The position numbers and the translations under genes were made by a program. From an uncultured Candidatus Binatia bacterium (GTDB lineage Bacteria; Desulfobacterota; Binatia; UBA9968; CAXXLF01), in contig OZ244621.1 of assembly GCA_965218425.1 (NCBI GenBank), forward strand, positions 3,968,001 through 4,032,000: 64,000 bases of DNA, given 5' to 3'. Below, in pieces: positions 19,312-31,607 of this stretch. How positions within the stretch are numbered: the first letter of the stretch is position 1; the number at the start of each line of letters is the position of its first letter. The notes beneath the pieces were generated by a model. The model worked only from the letters and a program-made list of their open reading frames with translations, did not search any database and had not been told where the DNA came from.

Positions 19312-20124
19312 CTAATCGGAGAAATGTAGAAATACACCATCAGGATCAGCGGTGGCATAACAACCCATGCGACAAGTCTCCAAGTTCTTTTGCTTCCGTG
19401 CCCCCTCTCTTCCAATGGCTATCTTTCTAGGGCTCGACCCTGGTGAAGACACCGCAATTTCTTCCAGGTCCTTTTTAGCGCTTTCCAGGTTTTCCACCTT
19501 GAATCCAATGTGATCCATTCCTTCCCTCATGCCTCTGTATGCCACCATGTTCCAGGGTCGTATGACAAGGGACACCGTACCATCGGAGAGGTAAAAGTTC
19601 TCCTCATCGGTGAGATCCTCTCTAACCGTAAGCTCGTAAACCCGCCGATAGTAATTAGCCAAAACCCGAGGTTTAGCAGCCCGAATGGCGATGTGGTCGA
19701 GGTGGCGCGGTTGTTCCCAACTCTTTTCGGTGTATCCTTCTCTTACGTTGGCCATTCCCTTTTGAGAAAGGTCGAATTGATTACCGGCGGGATCATGGGT
19801 CCTCAATCCGGCAAAGGGCACGTGTTCCTGACTTTTGGCCACAAAGATTTCCGGATAACTCTCCTTTAGCCGATCCAATACTGTCTGGACATCCTCCACC
19901 TCGAGACCAAAGTGATCGAGCCCCGCAACGGAACCGGGCTGCCTCTGCAACAGTGCCAGTCCTATGACGCCGTCGCTGATATGGCCGCGATTGGGGTTGT
20001 AACTGCCGGTTTCATCGGTCATGCCGGTTGTGATCTTCTTCATTCCAAGGATAGTCTGGTAAAACTTCGCCATTCGGTCGTAGTTTTCGGTATGGATCGC
20101 AACATGTCTGATTTTTGTAAACAT
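19312..20124 (-). CDS. Two-domain VOC (glyoxalase/extradiol dioxygenase) family protein
   Basis: Start ATG 20124 after AGGAGG. KIRHVAI, GLDHFGLEV, DPAGNQFDL, second domain HIAIR..DHIGFKV..DPDG. Confidence 0.85.
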   Translation of the reverse strand: MFTKIRHVAIHTENYDRMAKFYQTILGMKKITTGMTDETGSYNPNRGHISDGVIGLALLQRQPGSVAGLDHFGLEVEDVQTVLDRLKESYPEIFVAKSQEHVPFAGLRTHDPAGNQFDLSQKGMANVREGYTEKSWEQPRHLDHIAIRAAKPRVLANYYRRVYELTVREDLTDEENFYLSDGTVSLVIRPWNMVAYRGMREGMDHIGFKVENLESAKKDLEEIAVSSPGSSPRKIAIGREGARKQKNLETCRMGCYATADPDGVFLHFSD

Positions 20125-20314
20125 CGTTATTGACCCTCCTATTTGCCATGAGACGGACGCCAACGGCTGCCTCCCTGTCCCGTTCGGGCGCATCCCGCAT
20201 CTACGGGAAACTACTTCCAAGCACCCTGGAGAAAAGGCTGAATTGCAAACCGATCCATCCTGCCCGTATACCCGGAACTCTGTTAAAATGCTATCCTTCC
20301 GGCATCCGCCCCTA

Positions 20315-21403
20315 TTGATCCTCGTATAATATAATGACATCAGAAAAGGCTGGACTGTTTCCAGAAGGCGGTAACGAGACGAGGCCTGCGGCGCATTCGG
20401 CAAAGGGCGCGACGAGCATGGTGGCTGAGTTGAGCGAAGTCCTTGGCACAGAAGTTGGGCAGTTCATGATGCTTCCAGTATCCCCAGAGGTATTCGACGG
20501 GATTCAGTTCCGGTGCATAGGCCGGCAACCGTTCCAGCACCAACGCGCCTTCGGTAGCGGCAACAAAGTCCCGAACCAACCGGCTCCGGTGGCTGGGCAG
20601 TCCGTCCCACACTACCAGCAGCGGCCCGGAAACATGACGCATCAAGTGCTTCAGGAATTCGATGATCTGGGGGCTCTTGATGGCTCCCGGATACACTCGA
20701 AAGTACAAGCGCCACCAGGTGACTCCGGCGATGGCCGACAGACTCTTCCAGTTGAAGTGATATTGCAGCACTGGCGTCTGTCCTCGGGGCGACCACGTAC
20801 GATACCGATTCGGCCGCTCGCTCAGCCCGCTTTCGTCCACGAACACTATGGTTCGCCCCTCGTTTCGGGCTTTTTTTTAATCTCCGGCCAGCGCTTCTTC
20901 TTCCACTGCCGGATCGCCTCTTCATCTCGTTCCAAGGCACGTCCCGTCGGCCGCTGGCAACTCCACCCCAACTGCCGCAATATCCGCCAAACATAGCCCG
21001 GATGGTATGTGACTCCGCAGGCTTCCCCAATCAAGTGGGCCACTCGCCTTGCGGTCCACAGGCTCGTGTCGTACCCCAGCGCTTCGGGTCCCCGTTTCAA
21101 ACCGCCCTCGATCTTCTTCAGATCCGCCGGGCTCAGTCGCGGCTTGCGTCCGGCACGCCCCGCCTGCTTGAGCCCGGCTCTGCCGCTCTCGGCCAACTGC
21201 CGCGCCCATCGATTCACCGACTGGCGGTGCACTCCCACCCAACGCGCCACCTCCGCCTCCGACAGCCCTCGCTTCAACAGCCTCCCCGCCTCCATCCACC
21301 GTCGCTCCAATGCTTCAAAGTCCCGTCGCACTCCAAGTGGGTTTCCCATACCACCACTACACATTAGTTCTTATCCAATGTTACTATATTATGCGCCTCT
21401 CCA
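20315..21403 (-). mobile_element. IS630-family insertion sequence
   Basis: Imperfect IRs (TTGATCCTCGTATAATATAATGACAT vs TGGAGAGGCGCATAATATAGTAACAT) flanked by a TA duplication (20313-14, 21404-05) in a CTAG site. Confidence 0.9.
20340..21364 (-). CDS. IS630 transposase (HTH + DDE_3), two ORFs joined by a probable programmed -1 frameshift
   Basis: HTH ORF 20846-21364; DDE ORF with FVDESG, VVWDG, PAYAPELNPVE; A8G slippery run at 20870-20878. Confidence 0.9.
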
Positions 21404-21634
21404 TAGATGACGTTTAACGCCACTGGTTAGGTGAGCGATAATTGGCACCCTTACGTAGTCTTTCCCCTATGGGGACTCCAAGACCTGGCCACCCTATGGG
21501 ACCATGGTTGGATCTACGCATTCCACTGGCTCAGCCCCCGGAGACAATCTAGAGATGGTAGGTAATAAATGATTTATAGCGTGACGCCTGATAAAGGGAG
21601 GTTTTGAAAATTGCTTAACTTGCGATGCAGGTGA

Positions 21635-22264
21635 TTAGTAAATTAAGTCACCGATACGTTCCCAACGAATCCAACGGTCGCTCCCGTCCCAGGACCAGTA
21701 AACCACGAAGGCCTTTCCTTTCACGTCCTTCAGATTAACAAATCCCCAGAATCGACTGTCATAACTTCTATCTCGGTTGTCCCCCATAACGAATATGTGA
21801 CCTTTGGGTACGCTTCTTGGCCCATAGTGGTCCCTGAGATGAACGCCGCCGCCAGCATTTTCAGTTTCCTGAAAACTCGCATGCGCATCCTCAATGGGTT
21901 TGCCGTTGATGTGGACTTTCTTGTTTCGAATCTCCACCCGATCTCCCTCCACCCCAATGACGCGCTTGATAAAATCCTTGGATCGATCCACGGGATAGAT
22001 AAACACCACCACGTCACCCCCCTTGGGTTGTCCGAATCGCATCATATAGCGATCCCAAAAGGGTATGCGGATCCCGTAGGCCAACTTGTTGACCAGGATG
22101 TGGTCTCCGATCTGCAGAGTCGGGAGCATGGACCCCGAGGGAATTTTAAAGGCCTGCACGATAAACGTCCGAATGAAAAGGGCGGCAATCAAGGCAATTC
22201 CGATGGCCTCAATATACTCCCTAACTACCGATTTCGATTTTTTTGGTGTCCCTTCTTCGTCCAC
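21635..22264 (-). CDS. lepB: Signal peptidase I
   Basis: IPSGSMLPTL, DFIKRVIG, GDNRDRSYDSRFWG; lies downstream of lepA. Confidence 0.97.
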   Translation of the reverse strand: MDEEGTPKKSKSVVREYIEAIGIALIAALFIRTFIVQAFKIPSGSMLPTLQIGDHILVNKLAYGIRIPFWDRYMMRFGQPKGGDVVVFIYPVDRSKDFIKRVIGVEGDRVEIRNKKVHINGKPIEDAHASFQETENAGGGVHLRDHYGPRSVPKGHIFVMGDNRDRSYDSRFWGFVNLKDVKGKAFVVYWSWDGSDRWIRWERIGDLIY

Positions 22265-22314
22265 GACGAATCCTTCCTCGCTAGTGTCCGCCTAAACGAC
22301 GCCCTCTTCTAAAT

Positions 22315-24108
22315 CTACACCTTCAATGCCGCTAGAAAGGCCTCCTGGGGGATCTCCACCTGGCCTACCTGTTTCATCCTCTTCTTGCCTTCCTTCTGTC
22401 TCTCCAGAAGCTTGCGCTTTCGCGTGATATCACCACCATAGCATTTTGCAGTCACATTTTTTCTGAGTGGCTTCACCACCTCACGGGCAACGATCTTGCT
22501 GCCAATGGCCGCCTGAATGACCACCTCAAAGAGTTGGCGCGGAATCAATTCGCGCAAGCGTTGAATCAGGTCACGACCCCGATAGTAGGCTTTGTCTCGA
22601 TGGATAATCATGGACATGGCGTCCACCACCTGACCATTGATGCGGACATCGAGTTTCACCAGACGGGAGGGCCGCATCCCAATCATCTCGTAATCCATAG
22701 ACGCGTAACCATGGCTCAGGGATTTCAAGCGATCATAAAAATCAAAAACAATTTCGTTCAAGGGCAATTCATACGAGAGCATCACCCTTTTGGGCCCTAG
22801 ATATCGGATTTCCTTTTGAGTCCCCCTCTTTCCCTCGCAGAGTTTGAGCATATTGCCCAGGTACTCGTTTGGAACATGAATCGTGGTAAGGATATTGGGC
22901 TCCTCGATATGGTCGATCTCTGATTCTGCCGGGAGTTTGACAGGGTTGTCAATCATTATTGTCTTTCCGCCGTTTGTTACCACCCCATAAACAACAGTAG
23001 GTGCCGTGGTGATCAAATCAAGAGAGAATTCCCGCTCGAGCCTTTCCCGGACAATGTCCAGGTGCAATAGTCCCAGAAACCCACAGCGAAAACCGAACCC
23101 CAGGGCTTGAGATGTTTCGCCTTCGAAGGTAAATGAAGAGTCATTCAAACTTAACTTCTCCAAGGCTACCCTCAATGCCTGGTATTGCCCCGAGTCCGCG
23201 GGATAGATACCGCTGAATACCATGGGCTTCATGGGCTTGAAACCAGGCAGTGGATGTTGCGAAGGTTTCTCTTCGGTGGTGACTGTGTCACCGATGCGCG
23301 TGTCCGTGATTTCTTTGATGGCGGCCATCAAAAAGCCCACTTCTCCCGGCCCCATTTCCTTCACTTCCACCGGACCGGGAGAAAAAACACCCAGGCGCGT
23401 CACTTCAAAGACCTTCCCGCTCGACATGAGGCGAATGCGTGATCCAGTCTTGACCCGCCCGTCGAAGATACGGACCAGCACCACCGAGCCATGGTAGGGA
23501 TCAAACCAGCTATCAAAGATCAACGCCCTTAAGGGAGCATGGGAATCACCCTTTGCGGGAGGAAAGGTGTTGGCAATTCCTTCTAATATCTCCTCGGTGC
23601 CAATTCCCTCCTTGGCGCTGGCCAGGATCGCCTGAGATCCGTCGAGGCCGATGACGTTTTCTAGTTCCCCTTTAACCCGTTGCGGATCCGCGCTGGGTAG
23701 GTCGATCTTATTGATCACCGGTAAAATGGCCAGATCATGGTCCAAGGCGAGATAGACATTGGCCACCGTTTGGGCCTCCACTCCTTGAGCCGCGTCTACC
23801 ACCAGGATCGCACCGTCACAGGCGGCCAGGCTTCGGGAGACCTCGTAGGTAAAATCCACATGGCCCGGGGTATCGATGAGGTTCAAGGTGTATTCAATTC
23901 CGCTTTTGGCCCGGTAACGCAGTCGCACCGGACTGGCCTTGATGGTTATCCCCCTCTCCCTCTCCAAGTCCATGCTGTCGAGGAACTGTTCTTGCAACTG
24001 CCTTCCAGTCACCGTTCCGGTGTATTCGAGCAGCCGGTCCGCCAGAGTAGACTTCCCGTGATCGATATGCGCAATGATACAAAAATTCTTGATGTGATCC
24101 ACTGTCAT
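22315..24108 (-). CDS. lepA: Elongation factor 4
   Basis: Start ATG 24108; [38 protein letters not shown]. Confidence 0.98.
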   Translation of the reverse strand: MTVDHIKNFCIIAHIDHGKSTLADRLLEYTGTVTGRQLQEQFLDSMDLERERGITIKASPVRLRYRAKSGIEYTLNLIDTPGHVDFTYEVSRSLAACDGAILVVDAAQGVEAQTVANVYLALDHDLAILPVINKIDLPSADPQRVKGELENVIGLDGSQAILASAKEGIGTEEILEGIANTFPPAKGDSHAPLRALIFDSWFDPYHGSVVLVRIFDGRVKTGSRIRLMSSGKVFEVTRLGVFSPGPVEVKEMGPGEVGFLMAAIKEITDTRIGDTVTTEEKPSQHPLPGFKPMKPMVFSGIYPADSGQYQALRVALEKLSLNDSSFTFEGETSQALGFGFRCGFLGLLHLDIVRERLEREFSLDLITTAPTVVYGVVTNGGKTIMIDNPVKLPAESEIDHIEEPNILTTIHVPNEYLGNMLKLCEGKRGTQKEIRYLGPKRVMLSYELPLNEIVFDFYDRLKSLSHGYASMDYEMIGMRPSRLVKLDVRINGQVVDAMSMIIHRDKAYYRGRDLIQRLRELIPRQLFEVVIQAAIGSKIVAREVVKPLRKNVTAKCYGGDITRKRKLLERQKEGKKRMKQVGQVEIPQEAFLAALKV

Positions 24109-25030
24109 TAAGGATTTCGCTCTCGATAAAATGACAGGGTTTGGTCTAAACCCGCATTGAAGGAAACCTTTGGAAGCCATCCCAGGGTCTGGTGAGCGCC
24201 TGAGACATCCAGACAACTACGTTTCTGCTCCCCGGGCTTGGCGGGGCCAAAGACCGCTTCCTTTTTTGCTCCTATTTTTTTATTGAGGAGATTGAAGATG
24301 GTTACCACGTCCGTCTCCTTGCCCGTTGCGATGTTGATGGGGCCGGTGATGTCGGAATCCAACGCCATCAGATTCGCCCGCACCACATCACCAATATATA
24401 CATAATCCCGGGTCTGTTTCCCATCGCCGTTAATGATAGGGACTCGCCGCCGAGGAATGTTCCGATAAAGATCGCTACCACCCCTGCCTCGCCGATGGCC
24501 AGCTGTCTGGGTCCATAGACATTGCCGTAACGAAAGGCCACGTAGGGGATACCGGCAGTCTGCTGGCAAAAGGAAAGATAATATTCTCCGGTTATCTTGC
24601 TCACGCCGTATGGACCTGCGGGGTGAGTGGGATGGTTCTCCGGCACGGGGAACTTCTCCTGCTCTGCGTAAACGGCACCACCTGAGGAGGCAAAGATGAC
24701 CTTCTTAACCCCTGCGACCTTGCACCCTTCCAGCAAATGGAGGAGTCCCAGAATATTGATCCGTGCATCCAACTTTGGATCCGCCACGGAACGCCTTACA
24801 TCCATCCGGGCAGCGTAGTGGCACAGCACATAGGGAGAGATATCGGAGAGCAGCCCGGGTATCTTGGGATCGAGGATGTCCATTGAGCAGAACGTTGCCT
24901 GCTTGTTGAGGTTTCTTTCATTTCCCTTGGACAGATCGTTGATGACTGATACCTGGTGTCCCTGTTCGAGGTAGGCGCCAACGATATGGGAGCCAATGAA
25001 ACCGGCCCCACCTGTCACGACGATTTTCAT
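24108..25030 (-). pseudogene. NAD-dependent epimerase (UDP-glucose 4-epimerase-like), frameshifted at ~24440
   Basis: TGGAGFIGS and YGVSK in ORF 24368-25111; PIINGDGKQTRDYVY continues in ORF 24108-24569. One C is missing in GAG TCC CCT. Confidence 0.8.
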
Positions 25031-25035
25031 GGAGG

Positions 25036-25974
25036 CTAATTCCTCAGCCGTTCGCGGAAATACCGGATAGTCCTGGTCAGTCCTTCGTCCAACGCAACCC
25101 CGGGTTCCCAACCCAGGATCTCTTTGGCCTTGGAGATTTCCGGTTGGCGAACCTGAGGATCGTCCTGTGGCGATGGTCGGAAAACAATGGAGCTTTTAGA
25201 TCCAGTGAGTTCCAAGACCTTCTTGGCAAAATCCAATACGGTCATCTCGTGGGGACTACCAAGATTCACTGGTAGGTGGTGATTGGAATTCAGCAGTTTT
25301 CGAAGCCCATCAATTAGGTCATCGATGTACTGGAAACTCCTGGTCTGCTGTCCCTTTCCATATACCGTCAAATTCTCCCCCTTCAGGGCTTGAATAATGA
25401 AATTGGGAACCACCCGACCATCATTCATCCGCATCCTTGGTCCATAGGTATTAAAGATCCGAGCAATTCGCGTGTCCAGGGCATGATACTGGTGATAGGC
25501 CATGGTCATGGCCTCCGCAAATCGCTTTGCCTCATCGTAGACCCCCCGCGGGCCGATTGGATTCACGTTCCCCCAGTAGTCTTCCCTCTGAGGCCGTACC
25601 ATGGGATCGCCATATACCTCTGAAGTTGATGCCAAAAGAAAGATCACCTTCTTAGCCTTGGCGAGTCCCAGGGCGTTGTGGGTGCCCAACGACCCCACCT
25701 TCAGGGTTTGAATGGGCATAACCAGGTAATCTTCCGGGCTTGCAGGGGAAGCGAAATGCAACACCATATCCAGGGGACCATCCACCTTAATAAAACGGGT
25801 CACGTCCTGCTCGACGTAGGTAAACCGGGGATGAGAGGCAAAGGGGGCAATGTTCTCTTGACTACCGGTTGAAATGTTATCCACACAGACCACTTCGTCC
25901 CCATGGGTTAAAAAGCTCTCGCATAGATAGGAGCCAATAAATCCTGCTCCCCCGGTGATCAATACCCTAGCCAT
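25036..25974 (-). CDS. UDP-glucuronate decarboxylase (UDP-xylose synthase)-like SDR
   Basis: [43 protein letters not shown]. Confidence 0.9.
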   Translation of the reverse strand: MARVLITGGAGFIGSYLCESFLTHGDEVVCVDNISTGSQENIAPFASHPRFTYVEQDVTRFIKVDGPLDMVLHFASPASPEDYLVMPIQTLKVGSLGTHNALGLAKAKKVIFLLASTSEVYGDPMVRPQREDYWGNVNPIGPRGVYDEAKRFAEAMTMAYHQYHALDTRIARIFNTYGPRMRMNDGRVVPNFIIQALKGENLTVYGKGQQTRSFQYIDDLIDGLRKLLNSNHHLPVNLGSPHEMTVLDFAKKVLELTGSKSSIVFRPSPQDDPQVRQPEISKAKEILGWEPGVALDEGLTRTIRYFRERLRN

Positions 25975-27271
25975 CTCGTCTTCCAACGGAATAATAGGTG
26001 AAGCCCATTTTCTTCATCTCCGCAGGATCGTAAATGTTACGTCCGTCGAAGACAACAGGGTTTTTGAGTAACTCTTTGACGCGTTCAAAATTTGGCCGAC
26101 GGAACTCATTCCACTCGGTGACCACGATCAAGGCGTCCGCACCACGAAGGGCATCATAGTTCCGCTTAGCGTAGTGAATACGGTCGCCAAAGATCCTTTT
26201 GCATTCCCCGTCGGCCTCAGGGTCATACGCTTGAACTTGAGCACCGTCTTTCAGCAGAGACTCCATCACAATGATGGAGGGGGCCTCTCTCATGTCGTCG
26301 GTGCGGGGCTTAAAGGAAAGACCCCAAAGGGCAAAGGTAAGACCGGAAAGGTCCAATCCGAAATGGCCCCGGACCTTTTCCCCCACAAGCCGCTTCTGCC
26401 CTTCGTTTACCTGCTCCACGGCTCTCAGCAAAGGCATGTCAAGCTCCTGTTCTCCCATACTGACCATGGCACGCAGATCCTTGGGAAGACAGGACCCCCC
26501 ATATCCCACACCGGGAAAAATGAAATGAGGACCAATCCGTTGGTCCAAGCCAAGCACACGGCGGACCTGATTGATGTCCGCTCCCATCTTTTCACAGAGC
26601 CTGGAAACCTCATTGATAAATGAGATCTTCGTCGCCAACATGGCATTGGAGCCATACTTACTCATTTCGGCGCTACGGGAGTCCATAACGACGATGGGAT
26701 TTCCCGTTTGAACAAAAGGATCGTAGAGTTCCTTGACAACCTCCACCGCCTCGGCGTCGTCGCCTCCCAAGACCACCCGATCGGGCTTCATGAAGTCGTC
26801 CACCGCCGCACCTTCTTTGAGAAACTCAGGGTTGGAAAGCACCGCAACCGGGTGGGAGGTCTCGGCTTTCATGCCGGCGGCCACCTGCTCGGCGGTGCCC
26901 ACCGGCACGGTACTTTTATTAACTATAATTTTACTTCCGTTCATGGCCCTAGCAACAGACTTTGCTGTATTGATGACCTGGTCGATGTTGGGGCTTCCAT
27001 CCTCCCCCTGCGGAGTACCTACCGCAATAAAAATAACTTTGGACCGCTTCACTGCAGAATTGACATCCGTAGTAAAAGTAAGCCTCTGTTCTTCCACATT
27101 CCTTTGCACCAGCTCGCCCAATCCCGGTTCGTAGAAAGGGATGGTTCCTTCCATCAAAGCAGCAACCTTTGCCTTGTCGATGTCCACGCATATGACTTCG
27201 TTGCCACTCTCGGCAAAGCATGTGCCCGCCACCAGACCCACGTATCCCGTGCCAATAACGGCGATGTTCAT
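25967..27271 (-). CDS. ugd: UDP-glucose 6-dehydrogenase
   Basis: [44 protein letters not shown]. Confidence 0.95.
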   Translation of the reverse strand: MNIAVIGTGYVGLVAGTCFAESGNEVICVDIDKAKVAALMEGTIPFYEPGLGELVQRNVEEQRLTFTTDVNSAVKRSKVIFIAVGTPQGEDGSPNIDQVINTAKSVARAMNGSKIIVNKSTVPVGTAEQVAAGMKAETSHPVAVLSNPEFLKEGAAVDDFMKPDRVVLGGDDAEAVEVVKELYDPFVQTGNPIVVMDSRSAEMSKYGSNAMLATKISFINEVSRLCEKMGADINQVRRVLGLDQRIGPHFIFPGVGYGGSCLPKDLRAMVSMGEQELDMPLLRAVEQVNEGQKRLVGEKVRGHFGLDLSGLTFALWGLSFKPRTDDMREAPSIIVMESLLKDGAQVQAYDPEADGECKRIFGDRIHYAKRNYDALRGADALIVVTEWNEFRRPNFERVKELLKNPVVFDGRNIYDPAEMKKMGFTYYSVGRRDG

Positions 27272-28220
27272 AGGGCTTTCCCTTCGTCCAAGATCTCTTT
27301 TATGGAGTAGATGGGCTTATTTTGAGATTCGTGGTAGGTCCATGCCAATATCTCTCCCAGCAACCCCATGATGATGAATTGACAACCGATTACGACCAAA
27401 AGAACCGCCAGCAGGGGCAGCGGGCGTCCGCCGATGTCTACACCGTAGAGGACTTTCTGGGCCGTAAGGTAAACGGCGAATAAAAACCCAATGGCGCCGC
27501 TCAACAGTCCCGCAAACCCAAAGATGTGCAGGGGACAAGTGGCGTAGCTCAAAAGAAATCTTACCGTCAACAGGTCCACGATCACGCGAAAGGTGCGCAC
27601 CAATCCGTATTTGGATCTCCCCCCTGACGTGTTCGGTGATGCACCCGAAGCTCGGCAATCCGTGCCCTCCGCTCATAGGCAATGGCGGGTATAAAGCGAT
27701 GCATCTCTCCATAGAGTTTGATCTCATGGGCCACCTCCCTACGGATGGCCTTCAGGCTGCAGCCATAATCGTGCAGCTTCACCTGGGTCATCCAGGATAT
27801 CAGTAGGTTGGCCATCTGAGACGGCAAGCGTCGACGCCAAAAGGGATCCCGGCGGGGCGAGCGCCAGCCCGCCACCAAATCGAAACCTTCCTCCAGTTTC
27901 TTCAATGGGGCCGGGATATCTTTGGGATCGTTCTGCCCATCTCCATCCATGAAGATGATGATCTCACCCTTGGCATGGGCGATCCCTGCGGCCGGGGCCG
28001 CGGTTTGTCCGAAATGGCGTCTCAGACTCAGGACCTTGATCCCAGGGTCTTCACGATGCAATGCGGAAAGAGTCGAATAGGTTTTGTCTATGCTACCGTC
28101 GTTGACGATAATGATCTCGTATTTTTTGTTCAACCCTCCCACAACGCAGACCAATTCTCGTGCCGCTGGTTCCACGGTCTCCTCCTCGTTGTAAACCGGG
28201 ACTACAATCGAAAGGTCCAT
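27268..28220 (-). pseudogene. GT2 polyprenol-phosphate glycosyltransferase (ArnC/GtrB-like), frameshifted at a G run ~27620
   Basis: SIVVPVYNEE, DGDGQNDP, GEMHRFIP; the C-terminal two-TM part is in ORF 27268-27603. G6 should be G7 to give GRSKYGL. Confidence 0.8.
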
Positions 28221-28351
28221 ACCATCAACCCCGAACCGATCCCCAGCCATAGAAGAACAGTACCCTCAGACCCATATCTTCAGCACACCACCTCTAGTGT
28301 ACTTGAAATCACGAGGGATCGCACGTGGTTTCCTAATCGTCTGGGTTCGGA

Positions 28352-29257
28352 TCAGGTATGAAAGTCTGTCAATGCGAGGAACCGACGGTACCGATCCTCA
28401 ATTTCCTGAAGGTTAAGGGGAATCATCCTTCTCATGCCGAAATCTTCCACGGCAAAGGATGCAGACACGCTTCCGTAGGCGATGGCACGGCGCAGCCCTC
28501 TCTCACTGTGGTCTCCGGTGCGCGCCAGGTAACCCACGAACCCACCGGCAAAAGAGTCCCCTGCCCCCGTCGGGTCGAAAACCTCCTCCAGCGGATAGGC
28601 CGGGGTGGCAAAAACGGTTGAATCGGTGAACTGAAGAACCCCGTATTCGCCTCTCTTGATAAGCAAGACCCTGGGTCCCATCTTCAGGATGGAGCGGGCG
28701 GCTCGAACGATGTTGTGCTGTCCACTGAGCATCTTTGCCTCTGAGTCGTTGATGACGAGAATCTCCACGCGACTCAGGACCTTTTGCAGTTCTGCAGGGT
28801 TCCCCTGAATCCAGTGGTCCATGGTATCACAGGCAACCAGACGGCTGTTGGTGAGCTGATCAAGGACTTTCAATTGCATATTGGGGTCAATGTTACCGAG
28901 AAACACGTACTGCGAATTACGGTAGCTTTGCGGGAGTTGGGGGACATAGCCCTCTAGAACATTGAGGTGAAGCTCCAGGGTGTCACGAACGTTTAGGTCT
29001 TCATGATAACGGCCACGCCAGTGAAAGGTATCTCCCTTTTCCTTCTTGAGGCCCTCCAGGTCGACTCCTCGTCCGGCGAGGAGATCCAGGTATTGCTGTG
29101 GAAAATCCGCCCCAATGACCCCCACCAGTTGTACCGGTGAGAAAAAGCTTGCGGTCATAGCGAAATAGGCCGCCGATCCCCCCAGTATCCTCTCCGCAGA
29201 GGCATGGGGAGTCTCCACAGAATCAAAGGCTACAGTTCCAACCACTAGTACGCCCAT
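28352..29257 (-). CDS. PfkB-family carbohydrate/nucleoside kinase
   Basis: GGSAAY, DPTGAGDSFAGG anion-hole motif; adjacent to mtnP. Confidence 0.9.
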   Translation of the reverse strand: MGVLVVGTVAFDSVETPHASAERILGGSAAYFAMTASFFSPVQLVGVIGADFPQQYLDLLAGRGVDLEGLKKEKGDTFHWRGRYHEDLNVRDTLELHLNVLEGYVPQLPQSYRNSQYVFLGNIDPNMQLKVLDQLTNSRLVACDTMDHWIQGNPAELQKVLSRVEILVINDSEAKMLSGQHNIVRAARSILKMGPRVLLIKRGEYGVLQFTDSTVFATPAYPLEEVFDPTGAGDSFAGGFVGYLARTGDHSERGLRRAIAYGSVSASFAVEDFGMRRMIPLNLQEIEDRYRRFLALTDFHT

Positions 29258-29293
29258 GTTAGTCTTCCATCCATGTCGTTAATTTTAATTGCT

Positions 29294-30181
29294 TCATAGA
29301 TATCTTCCAATTAACAAATTTAGATCCTTACGAATCTTTTTGGGAATTTTTTTACGTTCGGTCACCAGTGCATCCTTTAAGGAAGTCGCACAAGGGCAGG
29401 ATCTGTCGTGTGGGAAGTATTGAATGGCTTTCCTGATGACCCGCTGCGCCAATCGCGCATTCCTCTGCAACACGGCAAAGACCTGATCGATCTGAACGTC
29501 CCCAGCGGCCTCATTCCAGCAGTCATAATCCGTGGCCATGGCCAGTGTTACGAAACAGATCTCAGCCTCCCGTGCCAGCTTAGCCTCCTGGAGACTGGTC
29601 ATACCGATTACGGCGGCGCCCCAGCTCCGGTAGAGGTGGGACTCGGCACGGGTGGAGAACTGCGGGCCCTCCATACAAACATAGGTGCCCTTGGGATGCA
29701 CCGGTGCCCCTTCATCGCCGGCTGCGCGATTGACCGCACCACAAAGGTCGGCACAGACGGGATCGGCAAAACCCACGTGGGCAACCAGACCGCCGCCGAA
29801 AAAAGTGCTTGGCCGTTTTGTGGTGCGGTCAATGAATTGATCCGGAACCACCACGTGACCGGGAGCAATTTCTTCCTTGAGGCTCCCCACGCTCGCCACC
29901 GAGATGATCTGCTCCACTCCGAGCTTTTTCATGCCATAAATGTTGGCACGAAAATTGAGCTCCGATGGCATCAACCGGTGACTCTTGCCATGGCGCGGCA
30001 GGAACACCAACTGGGTGCCATCAAGGGTTCCCCGGACATAGGCATCGGAAGGCCTTCCGAATGGGGTGTCTACCCTCTGCTCGCGAACCTTCTCCAGCCC
30101 TTCCATCTCGTAGAGACCGGTACCACCAATGATCCCAACTACTTTTGCCTTGCTCGCCTTCACCCCGCGCTCCACATCCAC
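29294..30181 (-). CDS. mtnP: S-methyl-5'-thioadenosine phosphorylase
   Basis: GIIGGTG, PRHG, EGPQFSTRAES, TDYDCW. Confidence 0.93.
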   Translation of the reverse strand: MDVERGVKASKAKVVGIIGGTGLYEMEGLEKVREQRVDTPFGRPSDAYVRGTLDGTQLVFLPRHGKSHRLMPSELNFRANIYGMKKLGVEQIISVASVGSLKEEIAPGHVVVPDQFIDRTTKRPSTFFGGGLVAHVGFADPVCADLCGAVNRAAGDEGAPVHPKGTYVCMEGPQFSTRAESHLYRSWGAAVIGMTSLQEAKLAREAEICFVTLAMATDYDCWNEAAGDVQIDQVFAVLQRNARLAQRVIRKAIQYFPHDRSCPCATSLKDALVTERKKIPKKIRKDLNLLIGRYL

Positions 30182-30257
30182 ACACCGGCGCCGGAATCAA
30201 CAACGAACCCAGCTCGGAATCTCTCTCGATGGTTACCGCGAAAAAGACGGATGGAGA

Positions 30258-30689
30258 TCATTTGGCTGATGAATGGATCTCGTCGGGTTTAAAGAAAAAG
30301 GTAATTTCCTGAGCTGCCGTTTCCGGCGCATCCGAGCCATGGACGGCGTTTCTCTCCACATCCAATCCCCATTGTTGACGAATGGTTCCGGGCGCGGCCT
30401 TGGCCGGGTCCGTCGCGCCCATGAGCTCTCTGTTTTTTGCGACGGCCCCATCCCCTTCCAATACGGATACCAGCACAGCACCTGAAGACATGTATTGGGT
30501 CAGGCTTGCAAAGAAGGGCCGTTCTTTGTGCACGGCGTAAAAACCCTCAGCCTTTGTTTTGTCGAGGCGCAGCAGTCTTGCGGCGACGATCTTAAGGCCA
30601 GCCTTTTCAAATTTTTGCAGTATATCGCCGATGAGACCCTGGGCAACCGCTTCCGGTTTAATAATGGACAGTGTTCTTTCAATGGCCAA
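30258..30689 (-). CDS. ndk: Nucleoside diphosphate kinase
   Basis: [22 protein letters not shown]. Confidence 0.98.
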   Translation of the reverse strand: MAIERTLSIIKPEAVAQGLIGDILQKFEKAGLKIVAARLLRLDKTKAEGFYAVHKERPFFASLTQYMSSGAVLVSVLEGDGAVAKNRELMGATDPAKAAPGTIRQQWGLDVERNAVHGSDAPETAAQEITFFFKPDEIHSSAK

Positions 30690-31560
30690 TTCGCTTCATT
30701 ACCTCCTGCGTGGTTTGACCGATCTGTGCAGGGGATGGCGCCAAACGCACCCCAGCATTTTTCAGTGCCTCGATTTTATCCTGCGCGGTTCCCTTGCCTC
30801 CGGCGATGATGGCACCCGCATGCCCCATGCGTTTACCTGAAGGAGCGGTTTGCCCCACGATAAACCCCACCACGGGCTTACGCACATTCTCTTTTATCCA
30901 TTGGGCTGCCTCCTCCTCGGAGCTGCCCCCGATCTCGCCGATCATCACCACTCCCTGGGTGTCGGAGTCTTCATTGAACAGCTCGAGTACGTCGATGAAT
31001 CCCAATCCCCGCACGGGGTCGCCGCCGATGCCGATGCAGGTCGATTGTCCCATACCCAAGCGGGTCAGTTGATCCACAGCCTCATAGGTCAGAGTACCGC
31101 TACGGGAGACCACACCGATGGACCCCGGATTATGAATGTGACCCGGCATGATCCCAATCTTACACTGTCCCGGGGTGATGATTCCAGGACAATTGGGTCC
31201 GATGAGACGAGCCTTCTTATCTTTCAGAAACCTCTTCACCCGCACCATATCAATGACCGGAATCCCTTCGGTAATACAGATCACAAGCTCGATTCCCGCG
31301 TCCACCGCTTCCAGAATGGCATCCTGTGCAAAGGAAGGCGGGACATAGATGACGCTTGTATTAGCTCCGGTGGAGGACACAGCCTCTTCAACGGTATTAA
31401 AAATCGGAATCCCCTCAAAGGTGGTTCCACCCTTCGAAGGGGTGACTCCCGCCACCATTTGAGTTCCATATTCCTTACAGGTACGGGTGTGAAACTGCCC
31501 CGTGGCTCCCGTGATACCTTGGGTTACGACTCTCGTTTCTTTGTTTACTAGGATCGCCAT
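30679..31560 (-). CDS. sucD: Succinyl-CoA synthetase alpha subunit
   Basis: Start ATG 31560; [26 protein letters not shown]. Confidence 0.98.
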   Translation of the reverse strand: MAILVNKETRVVTQGITGATGQFHTRTCKEYGTQMVAGVTPSKGGTTFEGIPIFNTVEEAVSSTGANTSVIYVPPSFAQDAILEAVDAGIELVICITEGIPVIDMVRVKRFLKDKKARLIGPNCPGIITPGQCKIGIMPGHIHNPGSIGVVSRSGTLTYEAVDQLTRLGMGQSTCIGIGGDPVRGLGFIDVLELFNEDSDTQGVVMIGEIGGSSEEEAAQWIKENVRKPVVGFIVGQTAPSGKRMGHAGAIIAGGKGTAQDKIEALKNAGVRLAPSPAQIGQTTQEVMKRIGH

Positions 31561-31607
31561 CGGGCTTATGTGCGTCCTCGAGAATTCCGCCTCCTTGAGC
31601 CAATTGG

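Noticed and set aside
19312..20403. 363-aa version of the VOC protein, and the extended starts for lepA, sucD, the 2Fe-2S subunit and the SBP at 3800
   Set aside because: The extensions run into the IS630 or upstream genes; internal ATGs with RBS and family-typical N-termini fit better.
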